Origin: Octopus vulgaris
Lineage: Eukaryota
Reading direction: 5' to 3'
Length of the DNA: 64,000 bases
Assembly (NCBI GenBank): GCA_951406725.2
Contig: OX597827.1
Span: 35,650,001 to 35,714,000, forward strand
Part shown: positions 13,680-30,396 of the stretch, one piece after another
How positions within the stretch are numbered: the stretch's first letter is position 1
How the letters are laid out: each line of letters opens with the position of its first letter
Translations under genes and position numbers: made by a program
Notes under the pieces: generated by a model
Databases searched by the model: none
What the model saw: only the letters and a program-made list of their open reading frames with translations
Told to the model about the DNA's origin: nothing

Positions 13680-15075
13680 AATATGCTTTATTTAAAAGCA
13701 GCAGAAATATAACAAAAGCTGTTAATCGGATTTCACGTTCCCGTTCGTCGGAGGGTTTTGTTAAAATAGAACCGAAATAACAATTTGATCAAAACTAGCT
13801 AAAGGATACACCTTTAAAAATGGATTTGTTTCATTGGTCCTTTCAAATAACGGTCTTAGGCAAGCGATAAACAAAAAAAAAAAACAAAAAAATAAATGAA
13901 TTCAATATAAATTATTAAAATTGAGGAAAAACCTTAAATCGAAGAGTGGATTCAAATACATATTGTCATTAATTATATAGAAAATATAATTCGATTAATA
14001 CAATTAATACATAAAAATTAAAATTAAAATATATTAAAATATTTCACAACAGTATATACTCATACTAAACCATCAATATACATATATACATCAAAATACA
14101 CAGATAGATGTACACAGACCACATACATATACAGACATGTAAATGCAAAACGAAAATATACACACAAATAGACGTACACATATGTATACGCAATCTTGCA
14201 CGCATGCAAAAATCACTTGGTGTATACATATAGACTAGAAGTAAAACGCAGAGAGGGAGAAAAAAAGAAAAGGTAACAATCTTATAAGCAACAGATAGCT
14301 AAAGACACGAGTAAGAGAAGGGGAGAGGAGCGTAAAGCTAGAGGACAAGTAACGAATAGGGAGAGAAAAAAATAACGAAAGAAAGGAAAAAAGACTATGT
14401 GTAACGAACATTCACAAAATAAAATTACGTATACATGTGTAAGTAAAAGTGTATATTAGCAGTAAGTACACCCATAAGAACACATATATAAATATATAGA
14501 GACAAGTACGTAAAAACACATCCACACAAATCCAAGTGAATACATGCATACATATACATCTATGTATTTATGTGCATAAGTATAAATATACACGCTCACT
14601 TAAACATATACATAGAGGCGTGCATACGAATACAGTGCATACTAATACAAACATTCACATAAAAACCTGTCTAGGATCTGACGTATATACAAACAACATT
14701 ATTTTTTTAAAAATTGCTGAGTGCAAAATAATAAAAAATTTAGATAAAAGACATTCAAAACATAACATACTATATTGAATTATCTATGAATTAAATTATC
14801 AAAGTGGGTTTCTTTTAATTCCCAGCTATATTTCGCCAGGCTGGTCTTCGTCCTATTTTCTGGGTATCTAAAGGAATTTTTATGCGAATAAAATCGGGTT
14901 TTAACAGAATTTTCAGAAGCCCCTGTATAAGTCCTATATTCGCGTGAGCCTTCTATCTGTACCTTGGCTCTATATACGATTCTATTCTCCAAGTATTTCC
15001 CTTCCAATGGACAGGAGGATCCATTTTTGCAATTACATTTTACATTGCTCTTTAACCCTACAATCACAGAACTTA
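13680..15075 (-). mobile_element. Penelope-like element 3' part (GIY-YIG endonuclease and terminal region)
   Basis: ORF 14780-15133: CNCKNGSSCPLEG...IVYRAKV...YTGASENSVKTRFYSHKNSF. Hammerhead-like motif downstream at 13711-13762. Confidence 0.8.
13711..13762 (-). ncRNA. Degenerate minimal hammerhead ribozyme (U4C variant)
   Basis: Minus strand: aacaaaaccct CCGACGA acg-ggaa-cgt GAAA tccga TT aacagcttttgtt. Confidence 0.55.
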
Positions 15076-15079
15076 CTAA

Positions 15080-15896
15080 GAGTAAGCTCGAGGAGGCCAT
15101 GGGGTAGCAATCTGACGAAGTGAGCTGCAACAACGAAGAGGCGGAGGATGACTTCTTGGGTGGTGTCCCCAGCCAAAAGAGAGCAGCAGGACAAGGCCGA
15201 GAACTTGGTCATGACCTGGTTGGAGACCAACTCCAAGAATTTGCTGACAGATGCTACCTTCTTAGGTGAGCACGTTTTGGTGGACTTGTTCATTGACTTC
15301 GACACAGTCATCTCCTCCAGTGCTGCAGTGGAGCATTTGTTGTCTATGAGCAAGGAGATTATCCCTGTCTGATGAAAACTTTGACATGCTCATTTTCATG
15401 CAGGGCAACATGCATCTAATGAACAAAAAGGAGAACGAGAAGAGGAAAAATTAAATTATGTATGTATCGTGTTTTTCATTTAAAAAAAAATTTTACGGTC
15501 ACTTTATCAATAAACACCCTTTTCTGGTTCTAAAGGCATTTAAAAACCTTAAAAGGAGCCAAAAACTATGAAATCAGCCATTAAAACTATAAATTCAGTA
15601 TTTTTTAACTCTAAAGCAAAAACAAAAACTATATTTTTGAGATTCTGAAGCCCTTAAAAAGGCCCCAAAAGGCTGATTTTATAGTTTTGGCATTTTTAAA
15701 AGGTGTTTTAGGTGGTTTTTAAGCAAAAAGAAAAAGATTATTTTTTTTATAATAAAAATTAACGTTAACGGTTTATCGATACCTTCTGTTACATTTTTAA
15801 AGAATTAACTGATTAATGGTTATCGAAGTTAACTTTTTAGTTAACGGATTAACGGTTAAAGAAGTTAACTTTTCGATTAACGGTGCCCACTTTTGG
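15080..15896 (+). mobile_element. hAT transposon 3' remnant
   Basis: SSAAVEHLLS resembles the hAT dimerisation motif SSA.VER.FS. Subterminal ttaacgg repeats and TIR-like ending aacggtgcccacttttg. Confidence 0.65.
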
Positions 15897-15934
15897 TATA
15901 TATACATGACATAATATGTATATATATCTATGTG

Positions 15935-16218
<284 letters not shown>

Positions 16219-16356
16219 CTCAATAAACATGCCAAAGACCAACATGGCTGCATGCTAGGCCGAACTGACATCTGTATTTTGTCCAAACACCCAAAAGACC
16301 CATCACTTAGGGAAATACAAGAGTACGTCCTCATAAGTGAAACATTACCGATATTC

Positions 16357-16948
16357 TTTTCTACTCTAAGAAGAAGGCCCGAAATTTAGATCGACCCCAG
16401 TACGCAACTGGTACTTAATTTATCGACTCCGATAGGATGAAAGGCAAAGTCGACCTCGGTGGAATTTGAACTCAGAACGTAAAGACAGACGAAATACTGC
16501 TAAGCATTTCGCTCGGCATGCTAACGTTTCTAATTTCTTTATTGCCCACAAGGGGCTACGCATAGAGGAGACAAACAAAGACAGACAAAGGGATTAAGTC
16601 GACTACATCGACCCCAGTGCGTAAATGGTACTTAATTTATCGACCCCGAAAAGATGAAAGGCAAAATCGACCTCGGCGGAATTTGATCTCAGAACGTAGA
16701 GGCAGACGAAATACCTATTTCTTTACTACCCACAAGAGGCTAAACACAAAGAGGACAAACAAGGACAGACAAACGGAGTAAGTCGATTATATCGACCTCA
16801 GTGCATAACTGGTACTTATTTAATCGACCCCGAAAGGATGAAAGGCAAAGTCGACCTCGGCGGAATTTGATCTCAGAACGTAGCGGCAGACGAAATACCG
16901 CTAAGCATTTCGCCGAGCGTGCTAACGTTTCTGCCAGCTCGCCGCCTT
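16357..16948 (-). mobile_element. Three tandem SINE family 2 copies
   Basis: aaaggcaaagtcgacctcggcggaatttga occurs three times (about 16440, 16660, 16842). The last copy reaches the ctgccagctcgccgcc head. Confidence 0.88.
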
Positions 16949-17659
16949 GAAATATCGATATTAAACAAGAAATTCACGGAGGAGGTAGAGATACTTCAAT
17001 ACCACGGAAACTACCCACGCGGTGTGCATGCATAGGTACATTCGTAGGTAGTTAGTTATGTAGGTAAATAGGTATATAGGTAAATATGTAAGTAGGTTTT
17101 TTGGCGGTTGGACTAGTTATATACGTTTTTAGTTACTTATTTAATTATATTGGTCAGTAGATAGGTGGGGAGATTGGCAAGTAAATAAGTTTGTAGGTAG
17201 GTAGGTAGGTAGGTAGGTAGGTATGTATGTAGGTAGGTAGGTAGGTAGGTAGTACGGACAGACATGCACATACACACACACAAAAGAACACACCCCGAAG
17301 AGGAAACCATACGACCATACACATACAATGTATATGCATGTATACACACATACATATATACGTATACATATACATAGTTATATATACATATATATGTGTG
17401 TGTGTGTATGTGTGTGTCTGTGTGTAACTATGTATAATTTCATCCTGGGTGAAACCTGTTTTGTTGTGCGCAAACCAGAGTGCTCTGTTGAGTGCAATTG
17501 AGTTAATAGAAGAATAGTAACTAGAAATGTCGAACTAAATAAACTTAGTGCACTTCTTGTTGTTAATAGAATTAAACCAGTCGACCACTTGGAACGAATT
17601 AGACCATAAGTTAAGCTTTATTTTTTTTTTACTAAAGAAGGAATATATTTATCTAGAAT

Positions 17660-20460
17660 ATTTTTGATAAACAACCTAATGAGGACAATTATAATTTAAA
17701 ATCATACAAAACTCAGCATTGGTTAATTTTGAGAAAGATTTCGATGCATCTCTAAACAAACCAACTCCTTCCAGAAAATACTCTCAGGAATTATATTAAA
17801 GATAAAACGATCACCTGATCTACATGTGCTCTGTGACAAAACGGGTAACATTTATTCAATGCCTTGTGATACCTATGATAAATTTGTTTTGAAGGAGTTA
17901 AATACCAACTATAAACATGCAAAAGATACCGCACTCGAGGATATTAATAAACTACACTATAAACTCATCTCAAGGTTGAACCTAAAAGATAGGACTGAAC
18001 CATACGTACCACCTTGACTTGAGGCAGCATTTACCCGGGGTGGGTTGAGCTGGCTTCATTCATCTTCAATGCTGCATCTCTCACAAACGCCGACCAGGTC
18101 TGGCGATTTGAGGCTAACGACCGCGTGATCTCCAACCACTCCCTATTCCAGCGGCGAACTCCGTAGACATGTGGGCCTAAGTTGGGTTCCAGATCAGACT
18201 TGACTGTCATCAGCCAGGTTTTTCGTTGTCCACCACATCGCTTTCGCCAACCCTGAAGGGGGGCTGGGGCAATTGCTTCGTAGATGAATTCCTCATTTTA
18301 CGCGAAAGGATCATAAAACTAACTTTCATTTGAAACCATCTTTCAGACATATGTCCTCCGAAATTATATTTGGGAAAAATTAGCAAACCCATATTGGACA
18401 GAATAATACTAGTAGTCAAAGATAATGTTAAACTCCCTCTATGGAATTCAACCGGGGATGTAATAACATGGTTCCATTGCCTCCCGAGTAAGCAAAATAC
18501 TCGTTTTATACAATTTGACATTTCGAACTATTATGCCACTATCTCCCCAATATTATTAAATAAGGCATTGACATTTGCACGTGATTTTGTTAACATCCCT
18601 CGATCTAATATCGATATTATCTTGACAGCGAGAAAAACCTTAATTAATTTTAAGGATCATAATTGAATTAGAAGTGACTCGACGAATTACTTCGATATCA
18701 CTATGGGTTCGTCAGATTCAGCCCAGCTGACAGACCTTGTGGGTCTGTATTTCCTATCTCAAATCACGTAAAGCTTTCCAAACGTTTCTGGTGGGCTCTA
18801 TTGGGACGACGCATTCTTAGCAGTAAATGGTTTACCTAAACCGGAGACTGAGCAAATTAAGAAGTCATTAAAAAAATTTCTTTTAAATTTCTTTAATCTC
18901 AATATTGTATTTGATACTGACACAAAAAGCGCCAATTTTTTAGACGTCACACTTAATTTAAACACTAAGTTATATTACCCATACAGCAAACCAAACAAGA
19001 GATTTCAATATATAAACGTCTCTTCTAGTCATCCGAAATTAACCATTGATAGTATTATCACGGCCATCTTCATTAGAATATCCACTTTATCAGCAAACGA
19101 GGAGATTTTTAACGCACACTCACCAACTTATAATTATGCCCTAAAATTAAGCGGCTTTCATGACCATATTTTCTACATACCTGACAACTATCTCATAACC
19201 AAATTGGCTAATTTAACACCTCACAGTAATTCTGATACGACTAAAATGATCCCCTCCTTGAATTAAAAACCTATAAGAAAACCTGTTGTTAACCGTATTA
19301 AATTTTATAATCGTAATGCCGATAATCGTAATAAATATAGTACCTCTATATCTGAACACTCTGATGGGTTAAGACACTCTAAATCTAGGAAAAGACAAAT
19401 TATTTAGCTCGCCCCATCATTTTCTCTGAGTCAAAAATCTACCAAAACATTCTAAAAAATTATTAAACTAAATTTCCCCCAGCACCATAAATACTACCCT
19501 ATATTTAATAAACATTCTATAAAATTATCTTATTCTACCACGACTAATTTGGGTTCAATTATTGCATCTACAAACAGAAATAAAATTCAACTCCAAACAA
19601 CTAAAAGCGTAGATCACTATAGGATACCCCATACAAGTCTAAATATTAAGAAAACAAAAATTATAGACAGGAACGCAAAAACATGTAATTGTAGGACTCC
19701 TGAATTATGTCCGCTTGCGAATCTACACAAAAATGTAATCTATAAATGTACAGTGACAAACGATAAACATCAAGCTAGGATATAGATAGGAAATACTAAA
19801 GACTTCAAAAAACGATATAGAATACATGTAAATTCCTTGAATAAGTTAAAACATAAAATCATAGTCTTGGTCAATCATAGATGACGCCCCACCATACAAT
19901 ACGATTACTGGCAGATGTCGATTGTGTATAAAAGAATCATACATTATCCTTCGCATGTTTAATCCCACTGTTTTAAATAAATTTTCTGATGCTATTCATT
20001 TCTGCAACCATAGATACTATTCAACTTTCGTGAGTCGATTCACTTAGCAATATTTTCTTTTGCACAACAATATATCGCCAATAGAAATATAAATTTTAAG
20101 AAAGTCAGTAAACAATCTAATTTTTCTCTCATCAGCCCTCATAAAAACTTCCATAATTTACATAGCTAATCTGCTCTTCTATAAAGCATCAAATCATCTT
20201 ATACCTGGTAAGGGACTAAATCCATATCTAGCGTAAACACTATTTTTTCCTGATGATGGGGACATTCTGTGGAAATGAATCTTAAGATTCATAAACAATC
20301 TGCACGAATGTACTCCTGAAACGATAGTTGGAACACCTTATTTTCCTCTTATGTTACCCAAAAATCTTTTTAATACCTATTACTTTCCCCATGTTACATT
20401 TTGAGTTTTCTATTGAAATTCCCTTCAAGCAAAATTTCATTAAGTTTCAAAACTACAAAA
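17660..20460 (+). mobile_element. Decayed Penelope-like element (RT and C-terminal GIY-YIG)
   Basis: DKTGNIY; LGKISKPILDRI...LWNSTGDVITWF...FIQFDISNYY; FDITMGS...GGLYWDDAF (RT catalytic); CNCRTPELCPL..NVIYKCTV. Many stops. An unrelated GC-richer insert lies at about 18015-18340. Confidence 0.88.
20244..20333 (+). ncRNA. Minimal type-I hammerhead motif at the PLE 3' end
   Basis: tttc CTGATGA t ggggacattc...gaatgtactcc t GAAA c-gata-g TT ggaa; core intact, cleavage triplet GUU, weak stems I and III. Confidence 0.65.
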
Positions 20461-20591
20461 TAGTCGAGGTTAGACGGTGATACTTGAATCTCGGAAACTT
20501 CTCGCATTCCAAATGACAATAAGTAGAAAATCAGCGATAGAAAGCTCTGCATTTGAATTTTTTAATGAAAAAAATTTTATACACAATGTAC

Positions 20592-21004
20592 GGATCTTTT
20601 CGGTTTGAACGGCAGTTTTTTAAAATAATCTCCACGTAACTAAACACTTTTAAACTTCGTATACTGGTAGAATGTGTTTATAAAACATCTTTTTCTCTTG
20701 GCTTTAGTGAGAAAATTCTATAGTTTGTAAGATATTTGTTGTTGTTTTTTTCTTCAATTTCTGCAATTTCAACCAATCACTGACGACTATTGAGGTGAAA
20801 ACATTCTGTGTCGTATGAATATGTCCCTCGTTTAAGAAACAGATTGGGTTTATTTACATTTCTGAAGAAAAAAAGATACCCTTCCCCCCACCCCTAACCC
20901 TAAAACAGATTGAAATGCAATGGATCGGTACTAGGGTCATAATTATGGGTGGCAATTTCATATGACACCGCTAGAAAAAACTGCCGTTCAAACCGAAAAG
21001 ATCC
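20592..21004. mobile_element. MITE with ~29-bp TIRs and 8-bp TSD (Merlin-like)
   Basis: TIR ggatcttttcggtttgaacggcagttttt / aaaaactgccgttcaaaccgaaaagatcc. TSD caatgtac at 20584-20591 and 21005-21012. Confidence 0.92.
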
Positions 21005-21831
21005 CAATGTACAGTAGTAACTGCGATGACTGAGCATCATATTCATTTAGAATTTAGAAAATTCGCTGTTCGAAGGTATACTTGATTTTGTGGTGTATGC
21101 GAGGCATTTAAACATCACATGAGATGGCCATCGAGCGTGAACAGATTTTACGGCATTACGTACGAGGCTGCCAGTTTTTACGATGCTGGTTGTTGTTCAT
21201 CCATCGTTTTGATAATTCAGCTTGGATTGTCTATGGTTGCGTTAGCCCGTCCGTTACCTGACCTGTCCGTAACGCTTATATGTGATTATTTGAAGGGGGT
21301 GGGAAGAGGAGGAGGGGAGGAAAGCGAGAAGGAGTGGAAGATGAGAAAGAAGAGGGGAAGGCAGGAGCGAGAGAGGTGGTGGTGCGTGAAATGTGTAATT
21401 TTTTTTCTAATTTTTTTTCCTCCGTTACTTAGCATGTCTGCAACGCTTTCACGGGGTTAGTTGACGGGAAAGGCGAAGAACGAAAGAAAAGGAGAGAAAA
21501 AGAGGGTAAGGCGGAGAGTAAGAGAGGAAGAGGGAGAGTACTGTGTATTTAGTCTATAAAATTGTGCATAAGGTATATAATGTGTATATGTATTATATAT
21601 ATATGTATGCACCTATGTATATATATATATATATGTCTTTCAAAATGTGACCGCGTGTGTACCGTTGGCGATTTTTTTTCCTCTGTCTTCCCTTCTCTGG
21701 ATCTTTCCTTCTCCCATGTTTCCGACAAAACGTTAAACCCTCCTTCTTTCCTTCTTTCCTGAGTGTCCAATAATACTATATTTGTTCCACGTCCTCGCAT
21801 TGGTGTTTTTTTTGTGCTTTCTTGTTTGGAT

Positions 21832-24064
<2,233 letters not shown>

Positions 24065-24069
24065 CATAC

Positions 24070-24113
<44 letters not shown>

Positions 24114-24115
24114 GC

Positions 24116-24152
<37 letters not shown>

Positions 24153-24234
24153 AAATAATGAGGGAGATAAATTAATATTAATTTAAAACCAGTAGCCTAG
24201 CATACAAAAATCTGAAATTTCAAAGAAAATTCTA

Positions 24235-24681
<447 letters not shown>

Positions 24682-24683
24682 TT

Positions 24684-25271
24684 GTAGGAGTGGCTGTGTA
24701 GTACATAGCTTGCTTCTGGGTTCAGTCCCACTGCGTGGTACCTTGGGCAAGTGTCTTCTACTATAGCCTCAGGCCGACCAAAGCCTTGTGAGTAGATTTG
24801 GTGGACGGAAACTGAAAGAAGCCCGTCGTGTATATATATATATAAATATATATATATATATGTATGTATGTGTGTATATATGTTTGTGTGTCTGTGTATT
24901 TACGTCCCTGTAACTTAGCAGTTTGGCAAAAGAGACTGATAGAATAAGTACTAGGCTTACAAAGAATAAGTCTTGGGGTCGATTTGTTTGACTAAAAGCA
25001 GTGCCCCAGCATGGCCACAGTCAAATGACTGAAACAAGTAAAAGTATAAAGTATATATATATGTGTATGTCTGTGTTTGTCCACCCCACCCTCCAACATC
25101 GCTTGACAACCGATGCTGGTGTGTTTATGTCCCCCGTAACTTAGCAGTTCGGCAAAAGAGACCGATAGAGTAAGTACTAGGCTTACAACGAGTAAGACCA
25201 GGGGTCAATTTGCTCGACTAAAGGCGTTGCTCCAGCATGGCCGCAATCAAATGACTGAAACAAGCAAAAGA

Positions 25272-25273
<2 letters not shown>
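24684..25273 (+). mobile_element. SINE family 1 with duplicated 3' module
   Basis: Head at 24684-24828. The 3' module (ending cagcatggcc(a/g)ca..caaatgactgaaacaag) occurs twice, ending near 25050 and 25273. Confidence 0.88.
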
Positions 25274-25344
<71 letters not shown>

Positions 25345-25345
<1 letters not shown>

Positions 25346-25975
25346 AATCTTAGCGTAGCAAAATAAATTTAGAAAAATTCTTTGTTACCAGTGGTCTAGC
25401 GAGAAGAAACATCTAATCAATAGACTATATATTATCCATATAAAGATACAGTGTACTTTTAAACATCCTGTGTTGTCCTTGCCAACATCGCTTGACACCC
25501 GACGCTGGATATATGAACAGGATATTTGAATAATATATGGTCTATTGACTAGTTTTTTTCTTCTTGCTAGACCACTGGTAGCAAAGAATTTTTCTAAATT
25601 TGTTTTTGCTACCCTAAGATTTATTAATTAATGATAAAATGTTTTTTGGCTAATTTTGAAAGAAAATCAGCACCCTTTGTATTTGCTGCCAATAAAAAAC
25701 TGCGCGTGCGCTAGGATTTTGAAAAATTATAACATATAAACACAAGGCATGTTCTTTATCGCCTCGTCTTTATATGTTAATCTTGGCTTCCTGCTGATGA
25801 GAGCTTCGCCAATTGTAAATTATTTTATTCACAAAAGATTGCTTGAAACTATGCATAGTCCAGGAAATATAGGGTAAATGTTTTTAATTTTCATTCCCTT
25901 TTGAAATTACCCCTAATAGTGGTTTGTGATTTAACTACTCTTCCTAGCGAGGCAGATGTCCTCTTATGGCCATCT

Positions 25976-25980
<5 letters not shown>
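25345..25980 (+). mobile_element. Short non-coding PLE-type terminal unit within (TA)n, with inverted 5' duplication
   Basis: 25345-25435 is inverted relative to 25530-25621. The unit contains an intact hammerhead and is bounded on both sides by (TA)n. Confidence 0.7.
25788..25866 (+). ncRNA. Type-I hammerhead ribozyme, canonical core
   Basis: ttcctg CTGATGA gagc...gctt GAA ACTATGCATAGT C caggaa: 6-bp stem I, perfect palindromic stem III, GUC site with predicted cleavage after 25860. Confidence 0.9.
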
Positions 25981-26021
<41 letters not shown>

Positions 26022-26104
26022 AATTTATAGAAAACAAAAGACGAAGACAGATGATGAACAACAAACAAGTATATTAGTTTCACACCCGAGAAAAATGAAA
26101 AAGT

Positions 26105-26142
26105 ATTTTACGTTTCGAGCCTACACTCTTCACCAGGAAAGA
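26105..26142 (-). ncRNA. Degenerate minimal hammerhead (same family as 60390)
   Basis: Minus strand: CTGGTGA a gagt-gtag-gctc GAAA CG TA; A6 changed and stem I weak. Confidence 0.45.
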
Positions 26143-26477
26143 ACAAAAGAAAATAAACAGAGAGAGAATGAAAATAAAACGTGTAGAGTTCAGCGCTCCA
26201 ACATGGCGAAGGATTAGAAAAAAAGAGGTTGAAAGAAAGGAAGATAATGGAAATAGAAAAAGGGAATAATAATAGTGCTAGTGATTCCAACAAGAGAAGG
26301 TGCACGTGCTTGTGTATGTGAGAATGGTGTGTGTGAGTGTATGTGTGTAATGTGTATGTGTGTTGTGTGTAGCAATTGATGTGTTCTTTCTCACGTTGTG
26401 TGTGCACATGTGTGTGTGAACAAACAGTGTGCATGTGCATGATGTATGTATGTATGTATGTATATATATATATATGA

Positions 26478-26529
<52 letters not shown>

Positions 26530-26915
26530 TGGCTGCCCCCTCGTTATCGAGTATGGCCATTGCACGAAGCTTAATCAATGTTGTTATCGTGCAATGCCTG
26601 TGCAAGAAGATCTTTTTTAAAGTGAGGAAAGGCTATGCACTGAGTCAATCCCACTCACTAAGCAACAGCAGTCATAATCCGGAAAGAAGAACAAGTCAAC
26701 ATCATCGGTAACCACTGAGCCGCAGGTTTTATATCGGAGTTATCCCAGTTAACAGAGTTACCTTCTCCTAGAAGGATGCCCTAACAAAGGCGAGGAGTCC
26801 TTCACTCCCAATGGTTTAACCACGCAATCGGGCGGAAGAACTCTTGAGAGTCAACGGCCATCCAATAAATGTCTTAAGGTTGTATCATACGCGGGGAAAT
26901 AGGGAAATAATGGAC

Positions 26916-27158
<243 letters not shown>

Positions 27159-28042
27159 GAGAGAGAATGCTATATTAAATCTCTGAGCGAGATATAAACA
27201 GTAACAGTACAGAACCGTAACATATTTTGTCAACTAAGTGTGGCATCCTATACAAGACAGTGCTACTGATGTTTATAGCTTCAGGAAGATTTCTCCTCTA
27301 GCTGGCTTATGACACACATGCTGTGTCCGATTAGTATTTGCAAGGGGAGGTCATCGCTTCCATCTCTAGCCTTATGTGATACACATGGACTTGAGTTTTT
27401 GGGTGGATGCCCATCCTCGGCATGTGTTAATCACAGTGAAAAGGGGTTAAAGGTTATGTTATATAAACAGGTTGTGCTATATAAATGGACTGCGTTACAA
27501 TAACAAAAAGATGGTGAAACAGTAACATTACTAGATTTGCTGTAATCGTTTTAGACAAACTAGAGACGAAACGAGTATAATATTTCATTTAAATATATTA
27601 GATGTCGTGACACTCATATAACAGGTTTTGTGTATTTAGGTGTGGATTCATCATATGAAAATAGTTATATTATAGTGGTTGAAATAAAAAATGATTGAAA
27701 TATTTGAAGCTGGTCACAAAAAGAGGAATGAAAATATATGGATTTTAAGCACTAATGTAGTGAATGTTGAGTTAAAACACTGCATCAGGAACATTAATAG
27801 TCCGATACATGGAAGGAAACTGGTAGGTAGGTGGATAAGTAAATTACTCAATCCTCTTTCATGTAAGCTAAAGAATAGTTAGTTGAACTTTGCTTTCAGG
27901 TAGGTCATATATTATTGAGTGATCTGTTGTGTATATTATTAGTAAAAATTGTATTGTCTTTATATATATTTATATTTATACTGTAAAATTAGATTTAATC
28001 CTAAATCTAATTTTTCCCTGTAAGTTTGGATTTACTCCCTAA

Positions 28043-28080
<38 letters not shown>

Positions 28081-28247
28081 CACATTTACACATGCACATA
28101 CTCATATGTTTGGTTAATGATATGGTGTATATATCCAAATAATAAATGAATATGCGTGTGCGCATCCATGTGTTCAATTTGCCCTTAACTCAAGGTAACT
28201 ATTTCTCAAAAATTCAAGAAGGGTTTTTTCAAAAATTTAGTATATAA

Positions 28248-28408
28248 GCGCAGGCATGGCTGTGTAGTAAGAGGCTTGCTTCCCAACCATATGGTCTCCA
28301 GTTCAGTGTCACTGCGTGGCACCTTGGGTAAGTGTCTTCTACTATATCTTTGGATCGACTGAACCCTTGTGAGAGGATTTGGTTAACGGAAACTAAAAGG
28401 AGCCCATC
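28248..28408 (+). mobile_element. SINE family 1 head
   Basis: gcgcaggcatggctgtgtagtaagaggcttgcttcccaacc...gcaccttgggtaagtgtcttctactat. Confidence 0.85.
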
Positions 28409-28471
<63 letters not shown>

Positions 28472-28489
28472 GCTTTTGACACAATGAAG

Positions 28490-29320
28490 CTTTTGACACC
28501 ATCCTCCAGAACATTCCTGTATTAAAAAAGGACCATAGAATGAACCAAATCCTCCTAACACACGAAATCATAAAGAGCAAAAGGCAACCCAAATCATTGA
28601 AAACCATCCTAACAAATGCCAAAGTACTGCCAACCACAGCAACTAAACCCACAGTAAACAAATGCAATAGACCCAACCTAATAGAAGGTCCGGAATTCCT
28701 TTTTAAACAAGGACAACGTTTCACAGTAAAACACAACTTCACGTGCGCATCAGAAAACCTAGTATATGTCTTAACTTGCTCGGGCTGTAATGAACACTAC
28801 AAACTAAAAATAGCCTCCGCCAACGCATGACTGTCCACAGATCCCAAATAAAAATACAGGAATACAGAAAAATAGCACTTAGTGCACATATTGATACCTG
28901 TGCCGCACAACTCCATCCCAATTTTAGAATCTTTCCCCTCTACAAATTTAAAGACAATGCCACTCATACCCAGCGAATAACCATGGAATCCCACCTTATT
29001 AATAAATACAGACCACTTCTAAACACATCCCCCTAACACGAACCCACAACAAACACACTTACACCTGCACACACCCTACACACACCTTTACCCAGATATT
29101 AACACCATGACACACGCAAATATATGGTTCCACACATACACATAATTGAATACGGGTGCAAAACATCCAACATTATTTTTTGGAAATGTCTGTAAATATT
29201 GACTTCACACAAACACGTTGCTTCCCGATACAGGTACAAGGCCAGCAGAACTATAAATATTGAAAATTGTACCCACACACGCACACATATATACAATCGC
29301 GCGCACCCCAACATATATAT

Positions 29321-29386
<66 letters not shown>

Positions 29387-29898
29387 ACACACACACATAC
29401 ACGCGCGCGCACATACATACATGCAGCTCTTCCTGTCCTAAACGAACTTACTTATCCAGCTCAAATTCAGTCAAGCGGAAAATACACTCCCTAACTACGC
29501 GCTGAAAAGCTATTTAAAATATCCACATGACGTCTACTGACCAGCCTGAACAATAAGAATTTTCAACAGCGCTATTTTCGAAAATTCTAAACATTCACGT
29601 GACCTCTCTATTATGACCACATCCACGTGACCTCTTTATTATGACCAACAAGAAATTTTAGGCGCGAAACCAAGCAAATCCAAAACAACTCTGGAGCCTC
29701 TTTTTTCACATATAAGAGACAGCAAACCCAACATAAAGTCAGATAAGAGGAAAAAATCTATCAGAAAAGGAACTCTAATCTCTCTTTAAAAAAATATATT
29801 TTGATAAGCATAACAAATGCGCAACCGGTAAAAAGAACTTTCACCTAATTAAATTACTTAAATTACTTAAATCATTTTGTCAGCATTTTCTTCATTTC

Positions 29899-29900
<2 letters not shown>
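28490..29900 (+). mobile_element. Penelope-like (Neptune-type) GIY-YIG fragment and 3' region
   Basis: FTCASENLVYVLTCSGCNEHY...MTVHRSQI...ALSAHIDTC...MESHLINKYRPLLN; homologous to 62114-62638. Confidence 0.8.
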
Positions 29901-29948
<48 letters not shown>

Positions 29949-30196
29949 ATATATAAATATATATATATATATATGTATGTATGTATTTATGTGTGTGTTT
30001 TTGTGTCTGTATTTGTCCCCACACCATCACTTGAAAACTGATGTTGGTGTGTTTATGTCCCTGTAGCTTAATGGTTCAGCGAAAGTGACCAATAGAATAA
30101 GTACTAGGCTTACAAAGTATAAGTTGCAGGGGCAATTTGTTCAACTAAAACCCTTTAAGGCGGTACTCTAGCATGGCCACTGTCAAATGGAGATAG

Positions 30197-30242
<46 letters not shown>

Positions 30243-30396
30243 TATATATCTCTTTGTCTGATTATCTATTTATCTATCTATCAACCTACCTATCTTTCTA
30301 TTTATCTATCTCCATTGTTATGGAACCTCACCCAAAAAGCAAAAACAATGTTCTCCTCTTCTAAACAAAACGCCTCAAAAACATCTTGTTTTATAC

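Noticed and set aside
17660-19900. In-frame TGA codons in the PLE ORF as selenocysteine recoding
   Set aside because: Stops also include TAA/TAG and frameshifts, and the endonuclease is C-terminal; consistent with ordinary decay.
27535-27585. Hammerhead-like stem plus GAAAcgagTA (similar case at about 29537-29672)
   Set aside because: The CUGANGA box is missing or too degenerate and stem I is unsupported.
28248-28325. Possible tRNA genes in SINE heads
   Set aside because: A/B boxes run directly into SINE bodies, with no intact cloverleaf or terminator.
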